A stretch of DNA of 58,375 nucleotides, the filler included, from Dugesia japonica (Eukaryota): assembly GCA_001938525.1 (NCBI GenBank). It is 6 parts of 6 records of this genome, joined end to end, with 100 filler letters (N's around TTAATTAATTAA, not from the genome) between each part and the next. Parts side by side here need not be neighbours in the genome. Positions count along the whole stretch, not along the records: positions 1 to 9,916 come from MQRL01598579.1; positions 10,017 to 23,694 come from MQRL01598663.1; 4 more parts are not named here. The stretch is one strand, 5' to 3'. Positions within the stretch are counted from its first letter, which is position 1. Every line of letters begins with the position of its first letter. A program made the position numbers and the translations under genes. Shown here piece by piece: positions 1 through 11,385 of the stretch. The notes beneath the pieces were generated by a model. It ran no database searches. It was not told the DNA's origin and saw only the letters and a list, made by a program, of their open reading frames with translations.

Positions 1-2895
1 ATGGTAAAAGCATTATAAACATTCAAAAATCTAACTATAATAATGATTATTTAATTAATTATAAATGATAGTACAATCGTTACGAAATTAATCATAGAAA
101 ATTGGCAAATGCACTAAAAATATTCGAACCGAAATCATTGGAAGAGGCAGTAGAAAGTATAAAAGACGTAAAGATGACGGATGACTACGAAACGAATGAA
201 AATGTATTATGTTATATACGCCAAGAGAATGAAACTATAAAGAATTTGAAAATTAAAATTGAAAAGCTAAAGAATAAAATTGCTGAACTAAGGAGACACA
301 ATTACAAATCTCATGCACCAAATGTTTTTTAAAAAAATAGAAATAATATTGCACAAAATTCTGAAAAAAACACAGAAATGGATAACCGTGGGTAGACAAG
401 AAACAAGAATATGCTTTACATGTGGTAAAAAAAAGGCCATTCGGCATAATCTTTGGACAATACGAATTTAACAGAAAGCCGTTTGGATTATTCAAGGCAC
501 CAGCCACATTTCAGTGACTTATGAATATTGTATTGCGAAATGAAAATTGGAAAAATTATGTAATATATTTAGACGATATTTTAATATTCGGTAAAACTAT
601 AGAGGATAACAATGAAAGATTGGATCAATTATTAAGAAGAATAAGACAAGCTGGACTTAAATTAGAACCAAATAAATGTAAATTTTTACAGGAAAAAATA
701 TAATATCTCGGACATATAATAACTAAAAATGGAATCGCAACAGATCCTGATAAGATAATGGCAATTCAAAAATGGGAGATTCTTCACTGTCGAAAAGAAC
801 TTCAAAACTTTTTAGGGTTTTGTAATTATTACTGGCAATTCATAAAGAATTATGCAAATTTATCAGAACCTCTCAGTTTGATGCTAAATAAAGAAAGCAA
901 ATTTCAGTGGACAGGTGAAAATAAAGAATATTTCTAAAAGCTACGTAAAAGGTTGACAGAACCACAAGTATTAGTTTGCCAACAAAGGAGGAAAAATATA
1001 TTTCCGATACAGATGCTTCTCACAACGCAATTGTCACTGTACTTTCTCAAGTACAAGACGGCGAGGATCGAATATTATACTATACATCGAAAACACTAAA
1101 AGTCAGAGACAGTACTGCATCACAAGAAAAGAGCTTCTGGCAATATCTATGTTTGTCCTCAAGTTTAAGCAGTATTTAATGGGATCACAATTTATGTTAC
1201 GAACAGATCACCAAGTATTAAAATGGATGCTTAATTGGGATAACCCAAATACGTCGCAATACTGCATATGGAAAGCTGAATTGAAAATCTTTGATATGAT
1301 CGTAGAATTTAGAAAAAGTCGTGAAAGTATTAATGCTGATGCACTTTCATAATTACCAGATTGCAAGCAGTGTTTAATAAAATACGAGAATCCAAAAAGA
1401 AAAAGAAAGGTTAAAATATACAAAACAATAGACAAAGATGAGAAACAAAGTGTACGTTCAGAAAAAGTTATAAATAAAATATACCAAAAAGACGAATGGG
1501 AACAAATAAAAGATATAAATATACGAATAATACTACAGGCTCTAGAAAGAAATGAGAAAATACTTCGCGACGTAGAGGTAAATAAGGAAATACAATCGTA
1601 TTGGGAGAAAAAAGAAAGAACTGCGAATACGAAATGAGATGCTAATTTTAGAAAAGGATGAGAAATATCTTTTTATTGTGCTCACACATAAAAGAGAAGA
1701 TTTCATTAGGAAATATCATAAGTTATTGGGTCATCCAGGTGTAGAGAAAACAACAGGAGTTATAAAAAATGAGTATTATTGGCCGTGTATTGACAAAAAC
1801 ATAAGAGAACAACTATCAAAATGTAAACAGTGTAATGCGCATAAATATATTAACGGCGGAATTAAAACACCATTACAGAATATATCCGAAAAAGAACCAT
1901 TTTAAATTATTGCAATAGATATTACAGAACCATTTAAACCAACGCAATATGGTTACAAATATATTCTTGAAGTTGTGGATTATTTTTCTAAGTTTATATG
2001 TTTAAGTCCATTGCGAACAATAACAACTGAAGATATATATGAAGCTCTTTGGATACATCGCATATCCAAGTTTGGAATACCTAGACGAATTCACTCGGAT
2101 TATGTTAGTAATTTTAGTTCAGGTACATTTCAAAAATATTTCAAGCAATTGGGTATCGTGAAAACATTTTCATCTCCATATTATCCTCGAGGAAACGGAT
2201 TAGTAGAAAGATTATTTGGAACCGCAAAACCTATAATTAGCGCAATACTAGAAGACACGTGAATTCAAGATTGGAGTACGGTGCTACCAATATTAGAATT
2301 TAGATTACGAACAACAACACAGAAAACGACTAAGTACTCTCAGTATGGAATAGTATTTGGGAGGGAACCTAGAATCCATATGTGGAATGCTGGAAGGAAA
2401 GAAACGAACATCACAAATAATTTTGCTAAATATTGTAGAACAATTAAAAAGAAATATTGTGAATATTCATAGCCATGTTAGAAAAAATATAGAAGACCAT
2501 AATGAAGTTGCAGCAGCAATATATGCCAAAAATCGATGGAGAGATGAAATTAAAACTGAAGATAAAGCGCTGAAAAAAACGATGCATATGATGGTTTTAA
2601 AAGGCAATATATTGGACCGTTTAAACTAATAAAGAAAATTAATGAAAGGACTTACACTTTGCTTGATGCAAATAAAAAACACTTTAATTAAAAGAAATTA
2701 CAACCAAATCAAAAGAATACCAAGAGACGAACTTTCCTACAAGTCCTGGAGCACGCAAATATCACTAAGAAGTAAACAGAAAACAGCCTTAGCAGTACAA
2801 CTTGACCGAACAATTGAAAGCGATATCAGAAGACGTTATCCATAAAGAATGAGAAGGAATTTGAATATTCAATATCGATAACGCAAAGAGAGGAA
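1..2895 (+). mobile_element. Degenerate Ty3/gypsy LTR retrotransposon internal region (gag remnant, RT C-half, RNase H, integrase)
   Basis: Gag zinc knuckle ICFTCGKK/GH (~409-440). RT motifs FGQYEFNRKPFGL..APATFQ, VIYLDDILIF, LKLEPNKCKF, YLGHII. RNase H TDASHNAI..VLSQ and LRTDHQ. Integrase HHCC (H..LGHPG...WP...CKQC) and core IAIDI, VDYFSKF, IHSD, YYPRGNGLVER. RT-RH-IN order is gypsy-type. Many stops and frameshifts. Confidence 0.95.
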
Positions 2896-2900
2896 TGTCA
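2885..2900 (+). promoter_or_regulatory. Polypurine tract followed by TG start of the 3' LTR
   Basis: AAAGAGAGGAA (2885-2895) is immediately followed by TGTCA, just downstream of the integrase end. Confidence 0.7.
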
Positions 2901-2991
2901 TATATTTAAATTAAAGTAATATTTATATATATCGAAATTCAAATTATTGAATATTTAACTTTAAATATTCAAAATATTAAAATGAATTTGA

Positions 2992-3150
2992 TTTCATTAA
3001 AATAATGAAAAAGCTTCGATCAAAATAAAATGGATTTCTATAAAAATACATTTTATTTTGATCGAAGCTTTTTCTTTATCTCAATGAAATCTAAAATGCG
3101 ATCAATGGTTAAGTCCAACAATTATTCTCGAAATAATTATAATTATGAAT
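2992..3150. repeat. Inverted-repeat copy of a Penelope-associated terminal repeat (pLTR-like)
   Basis: TTTCATTAAAATAATGAAAAAGCTTCGATCAAAATAAAATG ... CATTTTATTTTGATCGAAGCTTTTTC, then ATGCGATCAATGGTTAAGTCCAA. Near-identical sequence at 39570-39960 precedes a Penelope RT. Confidence 0.7.
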
Positions 3151-3288
3151 TTGATTTGTTTTAATATCGCTATTTTTTTTAAATCCTACCTCCAAAACAT
3201 ACAATAGTGAATTTGTTATTTTACAGTATATAAGAAAGAAAAGTTATATTTTCAATATATATACAACATGATACAACAATAATTAAAG

Positions 3289-4324
3289 TCATTTATGATT
3301 AATATTGACAGCATCTCTTGAAACAATAATCAGGTTAATGGTCCGAGACATCGTACTGAAGAAAGAAAAAATTATTTTTTCTTCAGTAGGCCAAAATGTG
3401 GTTTGCAGTACGGCCCACAATGCATCCAGGTCATTGCACAAAGATTTTTGGCCTCGTTTATTCAAAGAATGAAACCAGTCAAGATAATTTATGGTTAATT
3501 CTGGAGATTGAGCCGGCTGGTTCGTAACAGTGACGGTTGGAATTAAACTGTCCCCAAAATCAATAAACATTTGTACGTTGTTTATACCAACATATGGACG
3601 AGCATTATCCATTTAAATAAAAAGGTTTTTGCACCAGTGCATCTTGTTTGAGATTGCAGGCATGATTTTATTATACATCAGTTTGTAAAAGATGACAGAA
3701 GTCATTGTACAATTGACTTTGTAAGCATCACCTTTTGTGTGGTTTTTTGAAGTTCGCTGGGCTGTGTAGTCTTCTTGAATCCTCCAAATGCCGATTAGAC
3801 CGTTGAAATTATTTTCAGAATTCGGTTTGGCAACAGCAGTTATAATCATAATTTTAGGGATATTAGCCTTACTTATTAAGGGTACTTTCTTCCTTGGACT
3901 ATTCTCATGATATCTGTCATGACTGAAGGAATACAATTCAAACCATTTTTCACTAATGTCCACATGATTATCCCATGTATTATATCTGTGTTGTCGGCAC
4001 AACTTCAGCCTTTTAACCTTTTCATCATCTGTTAAAAGTAGACATGTATTTCTAGGTACGAATCTGAATTCTTCATCTTTAATTATTCTTTGGACACTAG
4101 TTGTTGGAATGGCGGTATCTTTTGAAATGTCACAGATGCTACTAGAGCGACCCTTACGAATGGCATTTGTTACGGGCGTCAACCGTTCTTCGTAGTTTGC
4201 AACATTAGGTCCACCAGAGCCTTGTTTTCTTGCGATTGTACCACGTTCAAAAAAAATTTTATTCACATTGAATGCCTAGCATAATTCTTTAATCGTTGAG
4301 TATTCTGGTTCCACCTTTCCCATT
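3289..4324 (-). mobile_element. Tc1/mariner-superfamily transposase pseudogene, DD39D (plant mariner)-like
   Basis: Motifs HVDISEKWF, PKIMIITAVAKP...FNGLIGIW, *MDNARPY, QPAQSPELTINYLDWFHSL. An in-frame stop separates the 217-aa and 107-aa ORFs; first and third catalytic Asp are mutated. Confidence 0.85.
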
Positions 4325-4589
4325 TTAAAAAGTAATATCTCATATTTTAGTAATAAAGTGATATTTTATTGTTCAGATAGAGTTGACATATTAAAAATTA
4401 AACAAAAATAGCTAGTTATAACTAAATTTAAATGACTCTGTGGAATTTGACATATATTGATAAAATTAATAAATCCACTTTTTATGGTTTGGAGGTAGTA
4501 TAGTTTTAACTTGTTAATAATCGTATTATTTAATATCCACATTTTTATAACAATGGCAATCTTCAAATCATCAGTGCAACATTTGTGCA

Positions 4590-5330
4590 AATGCAGGTTC
4601 TACGAATTTAAGCAGAATAAATCAACAGCAATCATCACGCACAGCATTATTTGATGTTAACGAATCAAGAAGAAATGAAGATGGTTTGCGAAGTTTAGAT
4701 TTGGAAACTTTGAGCTAGAGGATGAACCAAGATCTAGAAGAAGATCAAGTTCTTTGCGATTTTACGGAGTAAACTCCCGGCTATCGTAGAAAAATTAAAG
4801 GCATTTAAATAAACAGTATCTTATGATATAAAAACAGTGCATGCCACCTGTAGCGCCCTAGGTCAAGAATTTTTCAGGTGCTCACTATGGTTGATATTAA
4901 ACAAAAGATTAAACCTAGAAGTAAGACGATTCAGACACAGGAGACGAGGAGGCTTCACGAATGAAGAAATATCTTCAACGACACATCAGGCGACTGAGAT
5001 TCTTAGTTAAGATATGTCTGCCTTTCGAAAACAGTAAACTTCATATGATAATAAACAGATGTGTGGCAAATTGCAAAAAATTTATCTAAACACGATTGTC
5101 AGCCGGCTGGAGATAGCAAAAATTCTTAGTGAATAGATAAGTAAAAATAACCGAAATTTGCCAAGAGTAAGTTATTTTATTGAAATTCATTTTACAATAT
5201 TTCTGCCTCCATATTTTCTTCACCGAAAAGCAGTTCGTCATTTAAAAAAATGTGTAGAAATAGGTGCGATTGGAAAAAGAAGCCTTGAAGGAAAATGGGT
5301 GCCTCATTTGTTGAATTGTAACTTCATGTT
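4590..5330 (+). mobile_element. Mariner transposase N-terminal fragments interrupted by an unrelated insertion
   Basis: FYEFKQ... and RWFAKFRFGNFELEDEPRS (~4600-4760). VRHLK...GKWVPHLL (WVPHEL-like, ~5230-5315). Confidence 0.65.
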
Positions 5331-5553
5331 TGAACAGTNTTACTTGTGTGATTTTGATCATTTCAATTATAAATTAATTTAATTAGTTTAATTATTCCCA
5401 ATAATAATTAAAATATTACTTAATTAGAAATAAACCACAAATACAAATTAAACTTATTGTGAAGGTTGTCATTTCAATAATAAGTAGCTTTCAATTGAAA
5501 ATTTTATCATTTATACTTATTGCAATCCAATTGAAAAGTTAAATAAAACTAAC

Positions 5554-5611
5554 TGTCAACGTAGTAGCTAAATAGAAAGACATTGAAGCGTGTTCTGATG
5601 GAAAAGACAAC
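5554..5611 (-). CDS. PAP2/lipid phosphate phosphatase-like gene, exon carrying the C2 motif
   Basis: tttag| acceptor and |gttagt donor. Translation (R)LSFPSEHASMSFYLATTLT is in frame with the upstream exon across a 42-nt intron (5612-5653). Confidence 0.85.
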
Positions 5612-5653
5612 CTAAATATTTAATTACATTTAAATTACACAACTAGAAATTAC

Positions 5654-5868
5654 CTTAGTTCTTTCATAATAAGAGTGTCATTTCGTTTGCAACGTGTGTC
5701 ATTAAAGTTATAGTATTTCTGAGGTGTGCATGTAAAATCTAGTTCACATGCTTGAAAAAACGTTGGTCTTAATCGACCAATCATAAATTTTGATGTGGTA
5801 GAAAATAATAATTCAATACTTTCACCGAGAAGTAGAAGTCCAATATAAATATACATTCGGACAATAAA
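5654..5868 (-). CDS. PAP2/lipid phosphate phosphatase-like gene, exon carrying the C1 motif
   Basis: FIVRMYIYIGLLLLGE...SKFMIGRLRPTFFQAC...C...ELR, containing K-x6-RP. Flanked by a cactttag acceptor and a gtaatt donor. Confidence 0.88.
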
Positions 5869-6699
5869 CTAAAGTGAAATCATTAGAATTGTGCATTATT
5901 AAAACTTAGATTATTAAATATACATTTGAAAGTTATAAATAGTAAAAAGTGCACAATTTTAACGTTATATTCAAAAGTCTATTTATGTAATACAAGATTA
6001 CTCAACTTTGTATTCCTTGCAAAGTGTTGAAATAGTGAAAAACTAAATTTTAAAATTAAAGAAAATATTTATGACCCATATTTAATAAATTTTGTAACAG
6101 TTTGAAAGTAGATTTCAACAATTTGCCTTAATCTAAATCGTGGCTACATTTTTTATAAATCCTTTTACTAAACAAGTAGACATTACTGAAACTGCAAAAT
6201 CTATAGCTGAACCCATTCAAAGGGAAACAGAAAATTGATAAACAGATTTTAGATTTTCAAAAATGGCATTAAAATTTCAAGACACGCATGAAAAGTTTTT
6301 GAAATTTGTTTAACCTTAAAAAAAAATCTTTTGTAAAAATGAGTCTTCAAAATCAAATCCTTTTTTGATTCAATAAAGTAGCGCAAATCTATATTTTCCA
6401 CCACGATCTATATAAAATCAGATATTAACTTATTAATGCCAACCTTGGTGGGTGTTAACGATTGGAATTATTATCTTACATCCAAACTGAGAAATTAACA
6501 AAATATACGCTACAAAATGTATGTTATAAAAAAGGTCATAATACTTTTATTTACTGTTTAAAATTCGATTGTGTAGGCCACTATTTTATGCAATCTCAAA
6601 TGCTTCCACGTCAAAAAAAGTTTCAGATTACCTGATATGATGTAATGTAATAGAATATATAAGATGTGAGGTGGTATATTAAAATAAATTTAACAATTA

Positions 6700-7125
6700 C
6701 AGTCGAACCTCTCAAAAGTGACCACTTTCTCAAGAAGTGGTCACCATTTTACAATTTTTGGTAAAAACACTAAATTTATTAATAAATCAGAACACAAAAT
6801 GAATATTAAAATGGATATTTGAATAAATACCCAACGAAACGATTTCATTTTTCTGTGTTTCATTCCATTTTTCTATAATTCACTTTTTAAAATGTCCACT
6901 AACTCTAATTTATTTAAACAAAATAAATTTTTTATTATTTTTTATTTCTAAATAAATTTATTATTATTTGACAGAAATTATTTTTTAGCAGTGGTCACTT
7001 TTTACTAATTATTTTATCAATTATTTTGAGGCTAAACTTTAGGAATTTCATTATGCTTTTAGAAGTGGTCAATTTTATAGAGGTGGTCACCACGTGAAGG
7101 TGATCACTTTTGAGAGGTTCCGCTG
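6700..7125. mobile_element. MITE, Tc1/pogo-type, with TA target-site duplication
   Basis: TIRs CAGTCGAACCTCTCAAAAGTGACCAC / GTGATCACTTTTGAGAGGTTCCGCTG, TA on both sides, internal AAGTGGTCAC repeats. Confidence 0.9.
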
Positions 7126-9399
7126 TATTTAGAAAATAGTATTGCTATTACTAACTGTTATTTCAATTCATAAAGTATCATAATTGATAAAAAGGATACC
7201 AATCCTACTTTTTTATGAAAAGGATCAGTACTACTTCACATTTACAGAAATTTTTAGGAATTTTTTCAATTTCGAATTCTATTAATTGTCAATCATTAAT
7301 GTTATCTGATAAAAATTTTCAAAAATAAGATTCTAGAAAATTCCTACAAATCTTTTCATTCTATTTTGAATGCTGTATTTTTCTTGTTATGAAAATGCCA
7401 GAGTTTGTTTATCTTATCTACAATTATATCGGATAATAAAGCATTGATCAATTTTTTTCTCTTAATTAATTCGTAACATTTTAGAAAATAATTCGAGGAT
7501 CAGTTGCATAAATTAAAAGATATTTTAAATTTTTATCTTATAACTTTTTGTTAGTACATAAAACTAATTAAATAATTATACATAATGATAGTGATAATTC
7601 TAGAAAAAATACGAATTTAGGATAAAAAAGAAAAATAAATATCTGATAATATGTAATTCAAAATAATATGAAGGTATGCTTTAAAATTGGTTTCTAGAAA
7701 ATTGTAATCTTTAAGAACTAATATATAAAGAAAATGGATGATAAACTATTTTTTAATGGATCAGAAAAACTAGAAATTTAACTCAGGAATATATTTGCAG
7801 TATCTAGAGGGAGTGTCTAAAAGGAAATCTATAATAATATGTAATCTTAACAGAATAACTATAATAATAGCAGGAAAATGCTATTGATAAAAAAGGCAAC
7901 TTGGCTATAATCCAAGATATATTATAAGTTTCAAAAACCCTAAAAATTCTGTTACAAAATATGATAACATTTTTATCTAGAAAATGGAAGAACAAGAAGA
8001 ATAGCGAAGAATATAGAATACAAAAAGTAATTACGAATACTTAAAAATAAAATGTGGAAATTCTTTACAAACAAAGAAAACAATCCCAAACATAATCTTA
8101 AAAGCATACAAGTATAACTAAACAATATCCCGGTTAAGTAAGCACAAAAGTGGTACGCAATGAAAAAATAAAATGTAAAAAAAGAATCCGATTAATATTT
8201 TATTAAAAGTTCTTTACAAACATGTGTCATGAATTGTCAATTGCCTTAAACTATTTCGATTTTCTGCTTTGTGTTTTACTATCAATTCAATTTTTATTAA
8301 TTTCTTTTGAAAAATATCAAACGAACTTNNNNNNNNNNNNNNNNNNNNNNNNNNNNNNNNNNNNNNNNNNNNNNNNNNNNNNNNNNNNNNNNNNNNNNNN
8401 NNNNNNNNNNNNNNNNNNNNNNNNNNNNNNNNNNNNNNNNNNNNNNNNNNNNNNNNNNNNNNNNNNNNNNNNNNNNNNNNNNNNNNNNNNNNNNNNNNNN
8501 NNNNNNNNNNNNNNNNNNNNNNNNNNNNNNTTTACTTGAAGGTTTTTGTACACTGAGCTTCTCAATAATTTTGTTTCTTTCTGCTTCACTTAAGTGCTTA
8601 ATCTGAAATAGCGATTTTTTATCTTAAAGCTATTTGAACTATAAAACTTATTATGTATACTTAACACTTTCGTTGTTGACATGTGTGCACAAAAGAAGAA
8701 TACAACTTGTAATTACCGTTGTCAGGCGTTTACTGATCAGTTATTACGTAATATTACACAATATTTATAACTGAATACATGTGATCTACGCATATCCCGA
8801 TTAACTACTCATTTAATCTTCCGAATCAATATGAGTATTTAACCTGAAGATTACTGTATAATCTTTAACGTGGATTTAAATACATAATATAATAAANNNN
8901 NNNNNNNNNNNNNNNNNNNNNNATTCTCAATCTGTGTGCTTCGAAAGATTTCCATAAAAGGGTTTTGGAAGAATGAATATATGACGTTTTAAAAAACAGA
9001 GTTGAGTTTTTTGTCGTTTCAGTTAGAGTTCTCTTAAAATATTTTTTCAAAGTAAGTTAAATTGAGAATAAGTAATAAAATTTTATTTAAAAAATCTAAG
9101 TAATAAATATTAAAATTTTAATGGAAATCTTGAAATCAATTTAGCTAATTTAAAATTTTGCGTTTAAATAGTTTGGAAATAAATTTAATTTTTAAAATGG
9201 CGTTAATAATATTTTGATTTTATAGAGAGCTTCGACTAAACTTCAAATTATTTATACTTTGTTTAAATAAACAAATTATTATTGTTATAGTTTTTATAAT
9301 AGGTTTATGGAACCAAATGATCTTTAAAGTTCAACAATGAGTATTACAAACGCATCTGACAGAATATTTTGCGTAAATCAAATTTATTATGCTTAGAAA

Positions 9400-9850
9400 G
9401 TTCAAACAGCTTTTTAAAATATATTTTTATGTATATATCCTTTGACCACTTCAAACTCAGTTAAAATCTTTCTGCTTTTCGCGTCATCGTGGTTTTGCGA
9501 ATTTGGATTTTCAGATCTGACTGAAACCAAATCCAGCAAAAGAGAGTGACTTCTTCTAATCGACTGCGAAATGCGTGCTTCTTTGTCAACATTAGAGCCT
9601 CGTTTTAAATTTATTTTTACTTGAAAGCAGGCTCCGCTTTCGTAATACTAATGTTTAAATCCGATCAGTAAAATAAAATATTCTGACTAAAAATTTTAAA
9701 TATCTCAAATTTTGAATTTTTAGGTTTTCGAAAAATTTCCAAAGAAAAATGAATAGAAATTGAAAAATATTTTTATCGTAGGAAATGCCGCAAAAACTTT
9801 AAGATAGGTTAAGTGTGCTGTGAGTAAAAAAGATGGCGAATCAATGGTTT
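9400..9850 (+). mobile_element. hAT (Charlie/Buster-type) transposase 3' fragment
   Basis: VKIFLLFASSWFCEFGFSDLTETKSSKRE*LLLIDCEMRASLSTLEPRF...KQAPLS matches the C-terminal dimerisation region of Buster-type hATs. Confidence 0.8.
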
Positions 9851-10017
9851 AGACGCGACATTGCACATAACTAACGACTTTAAAGTAATGATTTGTATTA
9901 CCTCGTCTTAGAATAANNNNNNNNNNNNNNNNNNNNNNNNNNNNNNNNNNNNNNNNNNNNTTAATTAATTAANNNNNNNNNNNNNNNNNNNNNNNNNNNN
10001 NNNNNNNNNNNNNNNNG

Positions 10018-10560
10018 TGGAAAAGCGTTTGAATCCAGAGTTATGAGAGAGTTTGCACAGAAACTAGATATTAAACTTTGCTTTTCGAGTTCATATTATC
10101 ATAATGCTAACGAACAAATTGAATGACAGTTTAGAACACTTCTAGATTTGATTAATGCAACACTTCAGGAAAGAAAGACAACAGATTGGGCAGTTCTTTT
10201 ACCAGAAATAAAATATACAATGAACGCAACAAATCAGAAGACGACTGGAAAGAGCCCAGCTGAGATTTTATTTGGAAAGAAAATTAGCAGTGAAAAGTGG
10301 TATGAGTCAGTCGTTTCAGATAGAACTAAAGAAAACAATTCATATGTGATTACTAAAAGAGAATTCAAAGTGGGCGATATTGTACTCATCAAGGTAGAAA
10401 CAAGAAATAAAAGTCAAGGCAGATTTGAAGGACCCTATCAATAATTGAGAAAATTCACGAAAGACGCTATGTGGTACAAGGAAAAAATAGACAGCGATTA
10501 GTAAAGAAATGTGGAAAAACTTAGAAAGTTTCTTAAGAAGGAGGATATGAGGAAATGATT
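10018..10560 (+). mobile_element. Ty3/gypsy integrase C-terminal fragment
   Basis: GKAFES...SSYYHNANEQIE*QFRTL, DWAVLLP, TTGKSPAEILFG, GPY/F motif (RFEGPYQ), and a PPT-like AAGAAGGAGGA after the ORF. Confidence 0.9.
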
Positions 10561-10849
10561 ATTNNNNNNNNNNNNNNNNNNNNNNNNNNNNNNNNNNNNN
10601 NNNNNNNNNNNNNNNNNNNNNNNNNNNNNNNNNNNNNNNNNNNNNNNNNNNNNNNNNNNNNNNNNNNNNNNNNNNNNNNNNNNNNNNNNNNNNNNNNNNN
10701 NNNNNNNNNNNNNNNNNNNNNNNNNNNNNNNNNNNNNNNNNNNNNNNNNNNNNNNNNNNNNNNNNNNNNNNNNNNNNNNNNNNNNNNNNNNNNNNNNNNN
10801 NNNNNNNNNNNNNNNNNNNNNNNNNNNNNNNNNNNNNNNNNNNNNNNCT

Positions 10850-11385
10850 TGGAACGGACAGAGTTTCATAGCCTATCTTTTAAATATTCTCTCTGGAGTT
10901 CCTTAACTCTGCCCGAATTCTTCTCAACATTGGAATATTTCAGTTTCTTGAACGTTTAGAACTTATTTTTCAAAAAATTTTAAATGGTTCATAAAGAAAT
11001 ATGGTAATTGTTTTTGTGACAAAAACATTTTCATTTCTTCTAATGTTATGTCGGAATGCTTGTCAATTTCTGCAAAAAGTGTATCGCCCATTTTTTAATT
11101 TCTTTTTATATCCTTCAATTTTACCGGATGAAATCGATCCGGTTTTATTAAATAGTTACAATATATTTTTGATTGAATCTTTATTGATATAGAGGAGCCT
11201 CCCTAAAGTCTCCACATCTTCTCCATTTTTATAAGTGCTGATAATACATCTTTTGTCAATAGAGGAAATTCTAATAATTTTATAAATATTTAATTAATAA
11301 AAGGTACTTTGCTCTGGTGTTATTGTTTTTGCACTGAATTATTTCTTCCGAGCTTGCACTTGCTATGCTTTCAAAATCCATCTAA
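10850..11385 (-). mobile_element. Possible degenerate gag-like coding remnant
   Basis: Broken K/E-rich reading frame starting MDFESIASASSEEIN; no diagnostic motif. Confidence 0.3.

Noticed and set aside
7804-7995. Upstream exon of the PAP2 gene
   Set aside because: No PAP2 motif and no splice phase compatible with the acceptor at 5868.
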